From an uncultured Verrucomicrobiae bacterium (GTDB taxonomy: Bacteria; Verrucomicrobiota; Verrucomicrobiia; Chthoniobacterales; UBA10450): 64,000 nt of DNA. The DNA is taken from assembly GCA_963815455.1 (NCBI GenBank), contig CAWFGO010000001.1:320001-384000 (forward strand), read 5' to 3'. Numbering within the stretch: the first letter of the stretch is position 1; every line of letters begins with the position of its first letter. Positions 11,015-21,321 of this stretch are shown one piece after another. The notes beneath the pieces are model-generated. The model searched no databases and was not told where the DNA came from. It worked only from the letters and a program-made list of their open reading frames with translations. The translations under genes were made by a program, and so were the position numbers.

Positions 11015-12370
11015 ATGAGCAAAGTATACCCTGACGCCAAGGCCGCATTAGAGGGCCTGCTCCACGACAACATGACAATCGCCGCGGGCGGATTCGGGCT
11101 GTGCGGGATCCCGGAAAATCTCATCGCCGCTCTGCACGACAGTGGCGCGAAGGGCCTTACCATTGTCGGCAACAACGCGGGCGTGGACGATTTCGGCATG
11201 GGCGTTCTGCTCACAACGCGGCAGGTGAAAAAGGTGATGGCTTCTTACGTCGGCGAGAACAAAGAGTTCGAACGTCAGGTGCTGGCCGGCGAACTCGATC
11301 TCGAGCTTATCCCGCAGGGCACACTAGCCGAACGGTTGCGCGCCGGCGGCGCGGGCATCCCGGGGTTCTACACCCGCACCGGTTTCGGCACCAAATTGAC
11401 CGAGGGCAAGGAGACGAAAGTTTTCGACGGAAAGGAATATGTGCTCGAACCCGGAATTACCGCCGAGGTTTCGCTCGTAAAAGCATGGAAGGGCGACAAA
11501 TCCGGCAACCTCATTTTTCGAAAAACCTCACGGAACTTCAACCCGATGATCGCCAGCTGCGGCAAAGTTTGCGTGGCCGAGGTGGAACAACTCGTTGAAG
11601 TCGGTGAGCTCGATCCTGACCAGATCCACACGCCGGGCATCTTTGTCGATCGCATCATCCAGGGAGAAAAGTACGAAAAACGGATTGAGTTCCGCACCGT
11701 ACAAGGCAGCACGACCGCAAAAAAAGAAAATCCGATCCGCGAGTTGATGGCGAAGCGCGCTGCCCAGGAGTTGCGCGACGGTTACTACGTCAATCTCGGC
11801 ATCGGCATCCCGACGCTGGTGGCGAACTACATCCCCGTAGGCATGAACGTTACGTTGCAGTCCGAGAATGGCCTGCTTGGCATCGGCCCGTTCCCGACTG
11901 AGGATGAAGTGGACGCCGACTTGATCAACGCCGGCAAACAAACCATCACCACCATGCCTGGCTCGGCCTTTTTCTCCAGCGCCGACTCATTCACGATGAT
12001 TCGTGGCGGCCATATCGATCTTGCTATTCTCGGCGCGTTCGAAGTGACGGACAAAGGCGACATCGCAAACTGGATGATTCCCGGCAAGATGGTCAAAGGA
12101 CCAGGTGGCGCGATGGACCTGGTCGCCGGGGTGAAGCGTGTCGTCGCGGTGATGGAGCACACCTCGAAGGACGGCAGCCCAAAAATTTTGAAACAATGCA
12201 CGCTGCCCATCACTGGCTTGGGAGTCGTCAACCTCATCATCACCGATCTATGCGTGTTCGAGGTGAAACAGGGCGGCGGCCTCGTTCTCATTGAATTGCA
12301 TCCCGGCGTTACGGTCGACGACATCCGCGCAAAGACTGGCGCGCCGTTCGACATCGCCCTCAAGCGCTGA
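11015..12370 (+). CDS. Succinyl-CoA:3-oxoacid CoA-transferase, fused A+B subunits
   Basis: [13 protein letters not shown] (A half) and NLGIGIPT...SENG (B half, catalytic Glu) in one 451-aa ORF. Confidence 0.93.
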   Translation: MSKVYPDAKAALEGLLHDNMTIAAGGFGLCGIPENLIAALHDSGAKGLTIVGNNAGVDDFGMGVLLTTRQVKKVMASYVGENKEFERQVLAGELDLELIPQGTLAERLRAGGAGIPGFYTRTGFGTKLTEGKETKVFDGKEYVLEPGITAEVSLVKAWKGDKSGNLIFRKTSRNFNPMIASCGKVCVAEVEQLVEVGELDPDQIHTPGIFVDRIIQGEKYEKRIEFRTVQGSTTAKKENPIRELMAKRAAQELRDGYYVNLGIGIPTLVANYIPVGMNVTLQSENGLLGIGPFPTEDEVDADLINAGKQTITTMPGSAFFSSADSFTMIRGGHIDLAILGAFEVTDKGDIANWMIPGKMVKGPGGAMDLVAGVKRVVAVMEHTSKDGSPKILKQCTLPITGLGVVNLIITDLCVFEVKQGGGLVLIELHPGVTVDDIRAKTGAPFDIALKR

Positions 12371-12410
12371 AGAATGTGGGAGGGGCCTCGGTGCTCCGAC
12401 CGCGGCGCCA

Positions 12411-12440
12411 AAAGTGGTGAAAAGTATTAAAAAGTGGTAA
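12411..12440 (+). promoter_or_regulatory. Three phased 10-bp direct repeats upstream of the XRE gene (candidate operator)
   Basis: AAAGTGGTGA AAAGTATTAA AAAGTGGTAA. Confidence 0.4.
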
Positions 12441-12470
12441 AACGTCACGCCATCTGCTATGTTTTGAGCC

Positions 12471-13013
12471 ATGGAGGTCTTGGAACTCGTCGTTGAGAAG
12501 TCGATTGGGAAAGCCGTTCTCGCGCGCCATTCGAAGCTGAAGTCGGCCTTGCGAAAAGTCGGCCAGCGGGGCAGCACACGAACAGGCGCGTGCTCGACCG
12601 AAGAAGAAAAGCAGCGAATCACTGCGATCATAGAGCTTTGTTTCGAATACCGTCGTGAGAGCGATCCCGAAGAGCGTCAAAACATTCTCCGGACGTTAGA
12701 CGAAATCGCGGCTAATCAGCCGATCGAGCTTCCATCACAGAACATCGAGCAATGGGATGACGAGCTGGCAGCGCGAGGTCGCGATTACGCTAAGCTCCGA
12801 GAGATGGACGAAGCGCGAGTCGATAAATTCTTGAGGAAATACTCCTCACTAAAGCATCGCGCCGGTTTCAGAACGCAAGCGGAGGTCGCCAAAGCGGCTG
12901 GGATCGGCCGCACTCAAATTGCAGTGCTCGAATCGGGTAAGCACATGCCGCAGCAAAAGACGCTGCAAAAGCTCGCCACGGCGTTCGGTGTTGACGTGGC
13001 CGACTTGATGTAA
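12471..13013 (+). CDS. XRE/Cro-type HTH protein (HigA-like antitoxin) with long N-terminal extension
   Basis: C-terminal RTQAEVAKAAGIGRTQIAVLESGKHMPQQKTLQKLATAFGV. Confidence 0.8.
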   Translation: MEVLELVVEKSIGKAVLARHSKLKSALRKVGQRGSTRTGACSTEEEKQRITAIIELCFEYRRESDPEERQNILRTLDEIAANQPIELPSQNIEQWDDELAARGRDYAKLREMDEARVDKFLRKYSSLKHRAGFRTQAEVAKAAGIGRTQIAVLESGKHMPQQKTLQKLATAFGVDVADLM

Positions 13014-13391
13014 CTAGCCCCAAGGCTTTTGCCCCTTCTTCAACTCCGCCTTCAAACGCCGGATGCGGTCGTCGGCACGCAATTTATCCGCGGTGGAGAT
13101 GGCGTTTGTCTTTTTCCAGAACAAGTCCACGACGTAGATCGCCTTTGCCTTTTCATCGACCCAAAACATCGCCCGCAACCAGCCCTGCTTCCCGATTGCC
13201 GGATCTTCGACGACTAACTCCATCCCCTCGCCGCACGGTTTGATATTTAGATCGGGAACGTTTGGGTAGAATCGCAGAGCAGAGGCTTCTCTAATAGCCG
13301 CACGGAGTTGCGCAGTCGTCAGAATTTTCTTCGCCGTCTTCTGAACAACTGGCAGTGGCAGGACTTTATAAGTAGAAGCGTGCCTGAGCAT
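13014..13391 (-). CDS. RelE/ParE superfamily (HigB/Gp49-like) toxin
   Basis: Basic 125 aa; GMELVV...WLRAMFW...IYVVDLFWKKTNAI pattern. Confidence 0.65.
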   Translation of the reverse strand: MLRHASTYKVLPLPVVQKTAKKILTTAQLRAAIREASALRFYPNVPDLNIKPCGEGMELVVEDPAIGKQGWLRAMFWVDEKAKAIYVVDLFWKKTNAISTADKLRADDRIRRLKAELKKGQKPWG

Positions 13392-13392
13392 T

Positions 13393-14673
13393 TTACGTCG
13401 CCGGCTCCCGTGGGCAGAGCAGGACCAACACGGACGCTATAATCCAGCATCCGATCATGAAGATAAATCCCGTGTTAAATGAGCCGCTGCTCTGGCTTAA
13501 ATTGCCAATGATCTTCGGCCCGATGTATCCGCCGATGCTCGCGGTGCAGTTGATGAAGCCGACCGCCGCAGCCGCAGCCGAACTGGTGAGAAAAGACGAC
13601 GGCAGCGCCCAGAACGATGGCAAATACGCGACAGTGCCGAAGCCGAGCAGCGCGAATACGGTAATGAGCAGCACATTCGAATGCGGAATAAAAAACCACG
13701 CAATCAGTGCCAGCGCGGCGGTCAGTTGAGGAGCTGCAAAATGCCAGCGCCGTTCACCCGTGCGATCGGAGCTCCAGCCTAGAATCAGCATGCCGACGAG
13801 GCCAGCACCGAACACCAATAAGGCAAACCAGCTCACGCGGAGCACGCTCCATCCGGTGAACCGCTGGAGCATCGTCGGCTCCCAAAACCAAAACGCGTAG
13901 CCGCCGGTATAGGTGAAGAAAAGTCCCGCCGTCAGCATTAATACGGCCGGATGCCGCAGCGCCTGCCAGATCGTCATCTGCTCGACGTGAGCTTTCGCGC
14001 GCCGCTCTTCCGCCAGCCGCGTCGTGATCCAATCGCGCTCGTCGGAACGCAACCATTGTGCCTCGTTAGGCCAATCCGGCAGCACGAACAACGCCACGAT
14101 TCCGAGCACGATGGCCGGGATGCCTTCGAGGAGAAACAGCCAGCGCCATCCGGGGATGCCTAGCCAGTGCACACGCAAGATGCTGCCGGCAATCGGACCA
14201 CCGAGCATAAAGCCGATCGGAATGGCGGCCATGAACCGCGCCACCGCCTTGGCCCGGTCCTGAACAATGAACCAGTGAGAAAGATAAACGATCACACCGG
14301 GAAAAAATCCGGCCTCGGCTGCGCCCAACAGGAAACGCGCGCCGTAAAGCTCCAGAGGCGTGCGCACAAAGCCTGTGAGTGTTGTGAATGCGCCCCACGT
14401 GATCAGAGTTAATGCCAGCAGAAGCCTCGCGCTCCAGCGTTCGACCAGCAACGCGCCCGGAATTTGCAGGGCGAAATAACCGATAAAGAAAATCCCGTAG
14501 GCCGTGCCGATGACCGAATCCGTCAGGCCCACATCCTTCATTCCGAGCGTCGCGTAGGCGATGTTGGTACGATCGAGATAGTTCGCGACATAAAGGAGAA
14601 AAAGGAACGGCAGCAGCCGCCACGCGATTCGACTGCGCGTCCTTGCTCCGGCGTCCGGTTGTAAAGAAGCCAT
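13393..14673 (-). CDS. MFS transporter, anion:cation symporter family
   Basis: YLDRTNI, RFLLGAAEAGFFPG, WRWLFLLEGIP. Confidence 0.93.
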   Translation of the reverse strand: MASLQPDAGARTRSRIAWRLLPFLFLLYVANYLDRTNIAYATLGMKDVGLTDSVIGTAYGIFFIGYFALQIPGALLVERWSARLLLALTLITWGAFTTLTGFVRTPLELYGARFLLGAAEAGFFPGVIVYLSHWFIVQDRAKAVARFMAAIPIGFMLGGPIAGSILRVHWLGIPGWRWLFLLEGIPAIVLGIVALFVLPDWPNEAQWLRSDERDWITTRLAEERRAKAHVEQMTIWQALRHPAVLMLTAGLFFTYTGGYAFWFWEPTMLQRFTGWSVLRVSWFALLVFGAGLVGMLILGWSSDRTGERRWHFAAPQLTAALALIAWFFIPHSNVLLITVFALLGFGTVAYLPSFWALPSSFLTSSAAAAAVGFINCTASIGGYIGPKIIGNLSQSSGSFNTGFIFMIGCWIIASVLVLLCPREPAT

Positions 14674-14803
14674 AATGTGGGAGGGGCGTCGGCCTCCCGC
14701 CAGCCATCTAATAGCTGGTGGGGCGAGACTCTGTCGAGCCGACAAGATCAACCTGAAGCAGCGGCGATTGACCTCAACCCGCCATCGTCGTTACATTCAT
14801 TTC

Positions 14804-15208
14804 ATGAAGACATCTTTCTTCTTCGCGATGTTCATCGCACTTATTCCTGCTGCCGCCTTTTCCGTCGGCACAGAAAACTTTGCCGGCGAATATGCCGACA
14901 AGAATTATCACGGTAAATCCGTCTTCCAATTGAGCCTCGAACAAAGCGGGAGCGACGTCTCGGTATTTTTCAGCGCGGTCCACAGTGACGGAAGCGGCGC
15001 GGCGCCGGAAGCGGACGGCAAAGGCAAAGTGACCGGCGGCGCAGTTCAGTTTACCTGGACCGACAGCCTCAATAATTCCGGAACCGGCACGATCAAGAAA
15101 TCGGGCAAAGACGTGATTGTCTCGATCAAAGCAAAGAAAGTTGCTGATTCACGATGCTTGGAGTTTTACGGCGACAATATCCGCCTCAAACCGGCCGGGA
15201 AAAAGTAA
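14804..15208 (+). CDS. Exported hypothetical protein
   Basis: Signal peptide MKTSFFFAMFIALIPAAAFS; beta-rich body. Confidence 0.75.
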   Translation: MKTSFFFAMFIALIPAAAFSVGTENFAGEYADKNYHGKSVFQLSLEQSGSDVSVFFSAVHSDGSGAAPEADGKGKVTGGAVQFTWTDSLNNSGTGTIKKSGKDVIVSIKAKKVADSRCLEFYGDNIRLKPAGKK

Positions 15209-15266
15209 GGAAAATTCGCACAAAGTCCGCAACCGTCCGAGATCTGACCTGTCCTCAACCTCTGAT

Positions 15267-17087
15267 TTACACCATCGGCCGAAATCTTCCGACGATTTCC
15301 TGTAATCGGCCGGTGATCTGGCCTAACGAACACACTTCCACCGTTTCCAGCAACGCCGGGAAACAATTTTCGCCGCGATCGACCACGCCGGCGAGCTTGT
15401 CCAGCGCCCGCTTCGCTTTCTCGGCGTTTTTCTTCTTGAACTTGGTCAGACGATCGACTTGCAGCTGCTGTCGGGAACGCGGAGTCCGGGCCAGTTCCAT
15501 CTCCGGCATTTCATCGGCGCCGTTGCGGTAGCGATTCAAGCCAACGATGGGACGAGTGCCGTCGTAGATTTGCTGTTCATACCGATGCGCGGCGGTTTGA
15601 ATCTGGCTGCGTTGATAGCGGTTCTCCACAGCGGCAAGGACTCCGCCTAACGATTCGATCTGACGGAATTCATCGAGGATGGCTTTTTCGACCGCCCGCT
15701 CAACCGCTTTCATACCCGGCGAGCCGCTGAGCATGTTCATGGTGTGCTTAAAGATTCCCGATTCCTCGAGCAGGATCGCCTGGCCATGCGCGGCGAGACG
15801 GATCCATTCTTCGCTCGGAGTCGTAAACGGTTCGTCCGCGCTGTTCGAGTGGCACGAATTCGTGCCGTTCATATAGGCGAGCATCAACTCCGCAGCGGTG
15901 CGGGTGAGATTGTTTTTGAACTCAGCCGCGATGAGCGAGCGCCCGCTGGTTTGCGTATGCAGCTTGAACATCTGACCGCGTGGGCCCGCCCCAAACACGT
16001 CGCGCATTCCGATCGCCCAGATTTTTCGGGAGACGCGTGACAGGGCGATATATTCGACATCGAGACCACAATCGAGAAAGAAGGAAAGACGCGGGGCGAA
16101 TTGATCGACCGGAATTCCGCGCGCTGCCAGCATCTCCGCATAGGCAAACCCGTTTGAGATGGTGTAGGCGGCCTGCTGAACAGGAGTCGAACCGGCTTCG
16201 CCGATGTGATAGCCGCTGATCGATACCGGGTACCAACGCGGCATGTTGCCGGTCGTCCATTCAATCATATCGCATAGAAAACGGAGCGATGCTTCGGTTG
16301 GAAAAATCGTTTCGTTCTGAGCCTGCACTTCCTTGAAGATGTCGGCCTGAATCGTGCCGCGAAGTTTCGGCACAACACTCGCGCCGAAACGTCGTTTCGC
16401 GGCGGCGATGTACATCGCCATAATGATCGGCGCCGGCCCGCTAATCGTCATCGATGCGGAGAAATCGGGCGAGCCGACTTCGAATCCGTCGTAAAGCCGA
16501 ACCATGTCTTCCACTGTGTCGACTGCGACACCGCCCTCACCGATTTTTCCGAAAACGCCGTCGGCATCGGAATCGATCCCATAAAGCGTCGGGCCGTCGA
16601 ACGCGGTGCTGAGACGCTTGGAACGCTGATGCGCACTCAGAAAATGGAAACGCTTGTTCGTGTCCTCGGCCAGCATGAGCCCGGAGAACAGCCGGGTCGG
16701 CTCCTCCTGGGCACGCGCGCCGTTCTTTTTAACATTCGCTCCATTCGCAGATGTCGATCTTTTCCCGTTACTCCCCGGCTCGATTTGGGGCATGGGCTCG
16801 AGATACATTTCGCGATACGCGCCGTTCAGGAATGGAAACTCGCCCGGCAATCCGTCACCGAACAAGTAACGCGCAATTTCACCCGGTTCATCGATTTCAG
16901 GCAACGCCAGACGCGGTAACGGTAAACCAGTCGGTGCCTGCGACATTGGAATATCGGCTTTGATCTTGTTCCAGCGTTCGGTCACTTCGCGTCCAAATTT
17001 TTCATCGGACCGGGCGCGCTTCACTTGATCGAGCACAAACCTTCCGTGCTTCTCGACTGCTTCAACTACTTGTCCCAGCTTGCTCAT
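15267..17087 (-). CDS. B12-dependent acyl-CoA mutase substrate-binding subunit (IcmF C-terminal half)
   Basis: PGEFPF, PTRLFSG, RLSTAFD, GTIQADIFKEVQAQN, SISGYHIGEAG, HTQTSGRSL motifs. Confidence 0.9.
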   Translation of the reverse strand: MSKLGQVVEAVEKHGRFVLDQVKRARSDEKFGREVTERWNKIKADIPMSQAPTGLPLPRLALPEIDEPGEIARYLFGDGLPGEFPFLNGAYREMYLEPMPQIEPGSNGKRSTSANGANVKKNGARAQEEPTRLFSGLMLAEDTNKRFHFLSAHQRSKRLSTAFDGPTLYGIDSDADGVFGKIGEGGVAVDTVEDMVRLYDGFEVGSPDFSASMTISGPAPIIMAMYIAAAKRRFGASVVPKLRGTIQADIFKEVQAQNETIFPTEASLRFLCDMIEWTTGNMPRWYPVSISGYHIGEAGSTPVQQAAYTISNGFAYAEMLAARGIPVDQFAPRLSFFLDCGLDVEYIALSRVSRKIWAIGMRDVFGAGPRGQMFKLHTQTSGRSLIAAEFKNNLTRTAAELMLAYMNGTNSCHSNSADEPFTTPSEEWIRLAAHGQAILLEESGIFKHTMNMLSGSPGMKAVERAVEKAILDEFRQIESLGGVLAAVENRYQRSQIQTAAHRYEQQIYDGTRPIVGLNRYRNGADEMPEMELARTPRSRQQLQVDRLTKFKKKNAEKAKRALDKLAGVVDRGENCFPALLETVEVCSLGQITGRLQEIVGRFRPMV

Positions 17088-18273
17088 CGTTTCCTCGCTT
17101 TCGGTTTTGGGGTGCGACGGCCGGAAACCGCCGCTCCAGAAGAACGTCTCGAAACTAAATCGTAAAGCTTATCCACGCCAGGGTCGCGGTGACGTTTTGC
17201 CACCGTGGCGACGATTTGTTGCTGACGTTTGTTTTGGGTGAGCCGGTGTTCTATCTCCGATAAAGCGGCTTTCGCGCGGTCGAGATCGGTCTTGTTCACG
17301 ACAACAATATCCGCGACATCGAGCATGACGATCTTCTGCAACTGCAAACGCGCGCCGTAATCCGGATTCATCACGAGAATTGTTTGATCGACAAGGTGAT
17401 TACGGAAAGGCAGCGCCTCCTGCCCGGTACCGACTGTTTCGATAATGACGTAATCGAAGCCGGAATTGGCGAGCAGCGCGAGACAACTTTCGGTCGCGGG
17501 CGACAAGCCGCCGGCCTGCCCCCGAGTGGCCATGCTCCGCATGAAAACGCGATCGTCCTGTGAATTAATCATGGTTGCCCGGTCGCCTAACAATGCGCCT
17601 TGGCCGATGACACTGGGGTCGTGCGACAGGATTGCGATGCGCGTCTTTCGATCTCGCGTAAGAAAACGAAGAACCAGTTCGTCGATCAGCGTCGTCTTGC
17701 CCGCACCTCCCGGCCCGGTAATCCCGATGACGCGGGCGCGCTTAACGTTTGCCTTGGGCGTTGAATGTTGATGTTGGGCGTTGATTGTTTTCCTTGCGCA
17801 AATGCGTCTTCGATCTCAGTGAGCTGCCGCGCCAGCGCGAGATCGGCCTTCGCATTGGCCCGGCGTTTACGCGCCTTCCCGTAATGCTTCTTGGCGTATT
17901 CGACCATTTCGATCAGCGACGTGCCGGCGAAAAAGATCTGGTCGACGCCCTTCTTCTTCATCAACCGGGCGTCGTCGTGGGTAATGGTGCCGCCACCGCC
18001 GCCGAAGACCGCAATGTCGTTCGCGCCTTCTTGTTTTAACTGGCGAACGACTTCGGCGAAGAATTCAATATGTCCGCCGTTGTAACTGGAAATCCCAACC
18101 GCCGCGACGTCTTCCTGAATGGCCGCGCGGACAATGTCGCTGACGTAGCGATGAAATCCGAGATAGACCACTTCGATTCCGTTGCGGATAAATTCGAGAT
18201 TGATCGTATTGATGGCGCTGTCGTGTCCATCGCAAATCGGAACGGCGGTTAGGATGCGGATCGGTGAAGCCAT
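17084..18273 (-). CDS. Cobalamin-binding domain + MeaB/ArgK GTPase fusion (IcmF N-terminal half); frameshift near 17750-17790
   Basis: CDGHDSAIN and SSYNGGH, then in another frame GITGPGGAGKTT, HDPS..GALLGDR, ETVGTGQ, NKTD. Confidence 0.85.
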
Positions 18274-18357
18274 CTGGTAGACAGGATTAACAGGATTTTT
18301 CAAATTTCCAAATCAGCTTTCTTCTTTCCTGGTTTCCTGATTAATCTTCCTCCGGCC

Positions 18358-19110
18358 ATGTCTGATCTCGATTTCACCAGCAAAGTTGTGCTCGTCACGG
18401 GCAGTTCCCGCGGGATTGGCGCGGAAATGATCAAGGCTTTCGGGAAACACGGCGCCCAATGCGTGGTTAATTACATCGCCGACCCTGTCGGCCAAAACAA
18501 GGCGGATGCAGAAGCCGTGGCGCGCGAGTTGAACAAGCCAGTCCTCATTCAATGCGACATCACGCGTCCGGCGGAGGTCGAGACAATGATGAAGCAGATC
18601 GCCGATGAGTGTGGCGGGCTCGACATTCTGGTCAACAATTCCGGAGTCATTCGCGACCGCACGATCAAGAAGATGTCGATCGAAGAATTCGAAGGCGTCG
18701 TGCGGGTAAATCTCACTGGTACGTTTACCGTTATCAAAGCAGCGATGTCGATCTTGCGAGCCGGTGGCCGCGTCATCAACATGTCTTCCGTCAGCGGACA
18801 AATGGGTTTGTTCGGTCAGGCCAATTATTCCTCGAGCAAAGCGGCCATCATTGCACTTACCAAAGTTTCGGCGCGCGAGTTGGCGCGGCAAAACATTACC
18901 GTGAACGCAATCGCCCCCGGCTTCATCGACGTCGGGATGAGCAAAGGAATGCCGAACGAAGTGACGGAAAACTTCAAAAAACAAATTCCGCTCGGCCGGC
19001 TCGGCGACGCGAAGGAAATTGTCGATGCGGCGCTGTTTTTGGCCTCGCCGATGGCCTCCTATATCACCGGCCATGTCCTCGATGTGAACGGCGGTTATTA
19101 CATGGGCTGA
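18358..19110 (+). CDS. SDR, 3-oxoacyl-ACP/acetoacetyl-CoA reductase-like
   Basis: TGSSRGIG, NNSG, YSSSK motifs. Confidence 0.9.
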   Translation: MSDLDFTSKVVLVTGSSRGIGAEMIKAFGKHGAQCVVNYIADPVGQNKADAEAVARELNKPVLIQCDITRPAEVETMMKQIADECGGLDILVNNSGVIRDRTIKKMSIEEFEGVVRVNLTGTFTVIKAAMSILRAGGRVINMSSVSGQMGLFGQANYSSSKAAIIALTKVSARELARQNITVNAIAPGFIDVGMSKGMPNEVTENFKKQIPLGRLGDAKEIVDAALFLASPMASYITGHVLDVNGGYYMG

Positions 19111-19262
19111 GCAGCGATGGCTCGAAAGCTCGCGAAATTGCTCGCTGACGATTTCGTGCCAGGCATCGTGGCATCGGCTTCCAGCCAATGGAAATCCAAA
19201 CATCGACAGGATGTCGATGCCACTCCACTGCGCAAACAGATCGGACTCTGACCGTGATCATC

Positions 19263-20375
19263 GTGCCCAATCTGCTTGCCCGAGTTATTGGAACTGCCGC
19301 AGTTTTTCTCCTCGCGTCGGGAACATCGGATGGTGCCCAGGAACTTTCAGAAGATCGCGAGCTCAAGGAACTCGATCTCAAGGTCTGGGACTGCGTGAGT
19401 CACTTTGAGGGAAGTGCTCGAACGCCCGATGGCGTCGAGCGCAATCGCCTCAAGAATCGTTCGCCGCTCGAACTGGCCGGGCAAAATATTTCCTCGATGG
19501 ATACGGCAGCGTTCCTGCGTCACCTGGCTGACTTCGATTCGCAAACAAAAAACAAAAAGCGAAAAGAGGTAAGCCCGGCACAGAAAAAACAACTCGACTT
19601 GCTTGAAAAGCAAATCGTCTCGCTGACGGGCTACCTCGTCCTGGTCTATCCCGGCCCTCCTGAAACAACCAATTGCAAGAGCGTGGATTTTCACGATTGG
19701 CACTTGGAGGTTTGTGAAAAACCGCCCGATCATCCGCCACAAATCGGCGATCCAACTCCGATCATTTGCGAAATCAGCCCGCGAACACAGACCGCGATTT
19801 ACCAGGACAACATCCGTCTCCAACAGTTGTCCGCGTATTTTCGCCGGTCCGATCTGACCTATGAATCCACCGGGCACAAGGCGCAGAAGATTCGCGTGAC
19901 CGGCTATCTTTTGTGGGATGACGAGCACAATGATTCGCAAAAGGATGTCGGAACGACTATTCGCTCGATCGGCCGGGACCTGTACCATCACCCGTGGCGA
20001 TCCAGCGCGTGGGAAATTCATCCGGTGTTAAAGATCGAGAAGCTCGACGGGGTCATCCCGCGGGCGGAAAGCCCGCCGCCTTCTACGCCACCTGAAGTTT
20101 CACCGTCACCCGGCGAAACAACACCTCCAGAAGCGCCGGTCGCTCCAAGTGCGTCGCCGCCGATGCCAACACCTGTTCCGACTGCCACGCCGCAGAGATA
20201 CGTCACCATTCTGCGACAAGTGAAAATCAAGATCCCTTACGGCGAGACCGTCCTGCAACGCGGGATGCGATTGCCAATCATATCGAGCAACGAAAAAACG
20301 GTCACGGTTGAATACATGGGCAAGAAACATCTGATTCCAATCGAATCGACCGATCTGCGGGAGAGGTCAAAATAG
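19263..20375 (+). CDS. Exported hypothetical protein with conserved acidic/His motifs, Pro-rich linker and small C-terminal domain
   Basis: Probable signal peptide from GTG 19263; DWHLE, CEISPR, WDDEH, WEIHPV motifs. Confidence 0.75.
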   Translation: MPNLLARVIGTAAVFLLASGTSDGAQELSEDRELKELDLKVWDCVSHFEGSARTPDGVERNRLKNRSPLELAGQNISSMDTAAFLRHLADFDSQTKNKKRKEVSPAQKKQLDLLEKQIVSLTGYLVLVYPGPPETTNCKSVDFHDWHLEVCEKPPDHPPQIGDPTPIICEISPRTQTAIYQDNIRLQQLSAYFRRSDLTYESTGHKAQKIRVTGYLLWDDEHNDSQKDVGTTIRSIGRDLYHHPWRSSAWEIHPVLKIEKLDGVIPRAESPPPSTPPEVSPSPGETTPPEAPVAPSASPPMPTPVPTATPQRYVTILRQVKIKIPYGETVLQRGMRLPIISSNEKTVTVEYMGKKHLIPIESTDLRERSK

Positions 20376-20418
20376 AACCCGCGCTGTTATAATGCGCTGG
20401 CGACAGCGCACGCCCCGT

Positions 20419-20480
20419 TGTAGCCGGGGTCGTTGACCCCGGTTTCTGGAATTCGGCCGAGGTCGGCGCCCTCGGCTACA
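20419..20480. repeat. GTAG-tagged REP doublet at fdhD 3' end
   Basis: TGTAGCCGGGGTCGTTGACCCCGG...GGCCGAGGTCGGCGCCCTCGGCTACA; supplies the fdhD TAG. Confidence 0.85.
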
Positions 20481-21282
20481 GTTTTACGCGCTCGACATGC
20501 GAATAAATATTGAACGAAGGTGGGCGCAGAAATCCGATGAGAGTTTGATTGCTTTCGCGGGCGAAACTTACCGCCAGCGATGAAGGAGCGGACACTGACG
20601 CGACAATTGGAACGCCGCCAGCGAGCGCTTTTTGCATGATTTCGAAAGACGCGCGGCCGCTGACCAGAAGAAGATGTCGATCCAACGGGAGTAGTTCGTC
20701 GAGAAACGCGCGGCCGATTGCTTTATCGACTGCGTTGTGACGGCCGATGTCTTCGCGAGCAACGATCAATTTCCCATCGACATCGAAAATCCCGGCCGCA
20801 TGGATTCCACCGGTGCGCGTGAAATCTCCCTGCTGTTCGCGAAGTTTCGCCGGCAACGAAAGTAATGTGCCGATGTCGATCCTAATGTCAGTCGATCGAA
20901 TCGCCGGGAAACTCTGACGAATCACGTCGATCCCGGCCTTGCCGCAAAGGCCACAACTGCTCGAAATCGTTCCGAATCGTTGCACCGAATTGAGTTCCAC
21001 TTTTACACCGGACGCAAGATCGACATCGATCGTGTTCTCATCGCCAATCGCAATCTTCGCGATCTCGTCGCGGCCACGAACAATTGCTTCGGAAATCAGA
21101 AATCCGGCGGCGAGCTCTTCATCGTGACCGGGAGTTCGCATCGTGGTGGCCAAAACTCTGCCGCCGACGCGAATCTCAAGCGGCTCCTCGATTGTGAGAT
21201 CATCCGGCTGATACTCGAGTTCGCCGTCGCTCTTGCGTCGGATAATTTTTTCCGAACCGATTCCGTCCGCACGTTCATTCAT
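20476..21282 (-). CDS. fdhD: Formate dehydrogenase accessory sulfurtransferase
   Basis: EEPLEI, MRTPG, SSCGLCG, TGGIHAA, EDIGRHNAVDK. Confidence 0.95.
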   Translation of the reverse strand: MNERADGIGSEKIIRRKSDGELEYQPDDLTIEEPLEIRVGGRVLATTMRTPGHDEELAAGFLISEAIVRGRDEIAKIAIGDENTIDVDLASGVKVELNSVQRFGTISSSCGLCGKAGIDVIRQSFPAIRSTDIRIDIGTLLSLPAKLREQQGDFTRTGGIHAAGIFDVDGKLIVAREDIGRHNAVDKAIGRAFLDELLPLDRHLLLVSGRASFEIMQKALAGGVPIVASVSAPSSLAVSFARESNQTLIGFLRPPSFNIYSHVERVKL

Positions 21283-21321
21283 GAAAACCTTTCGAACATC
21301 CAGCCCGCGATTACTCGCCGT

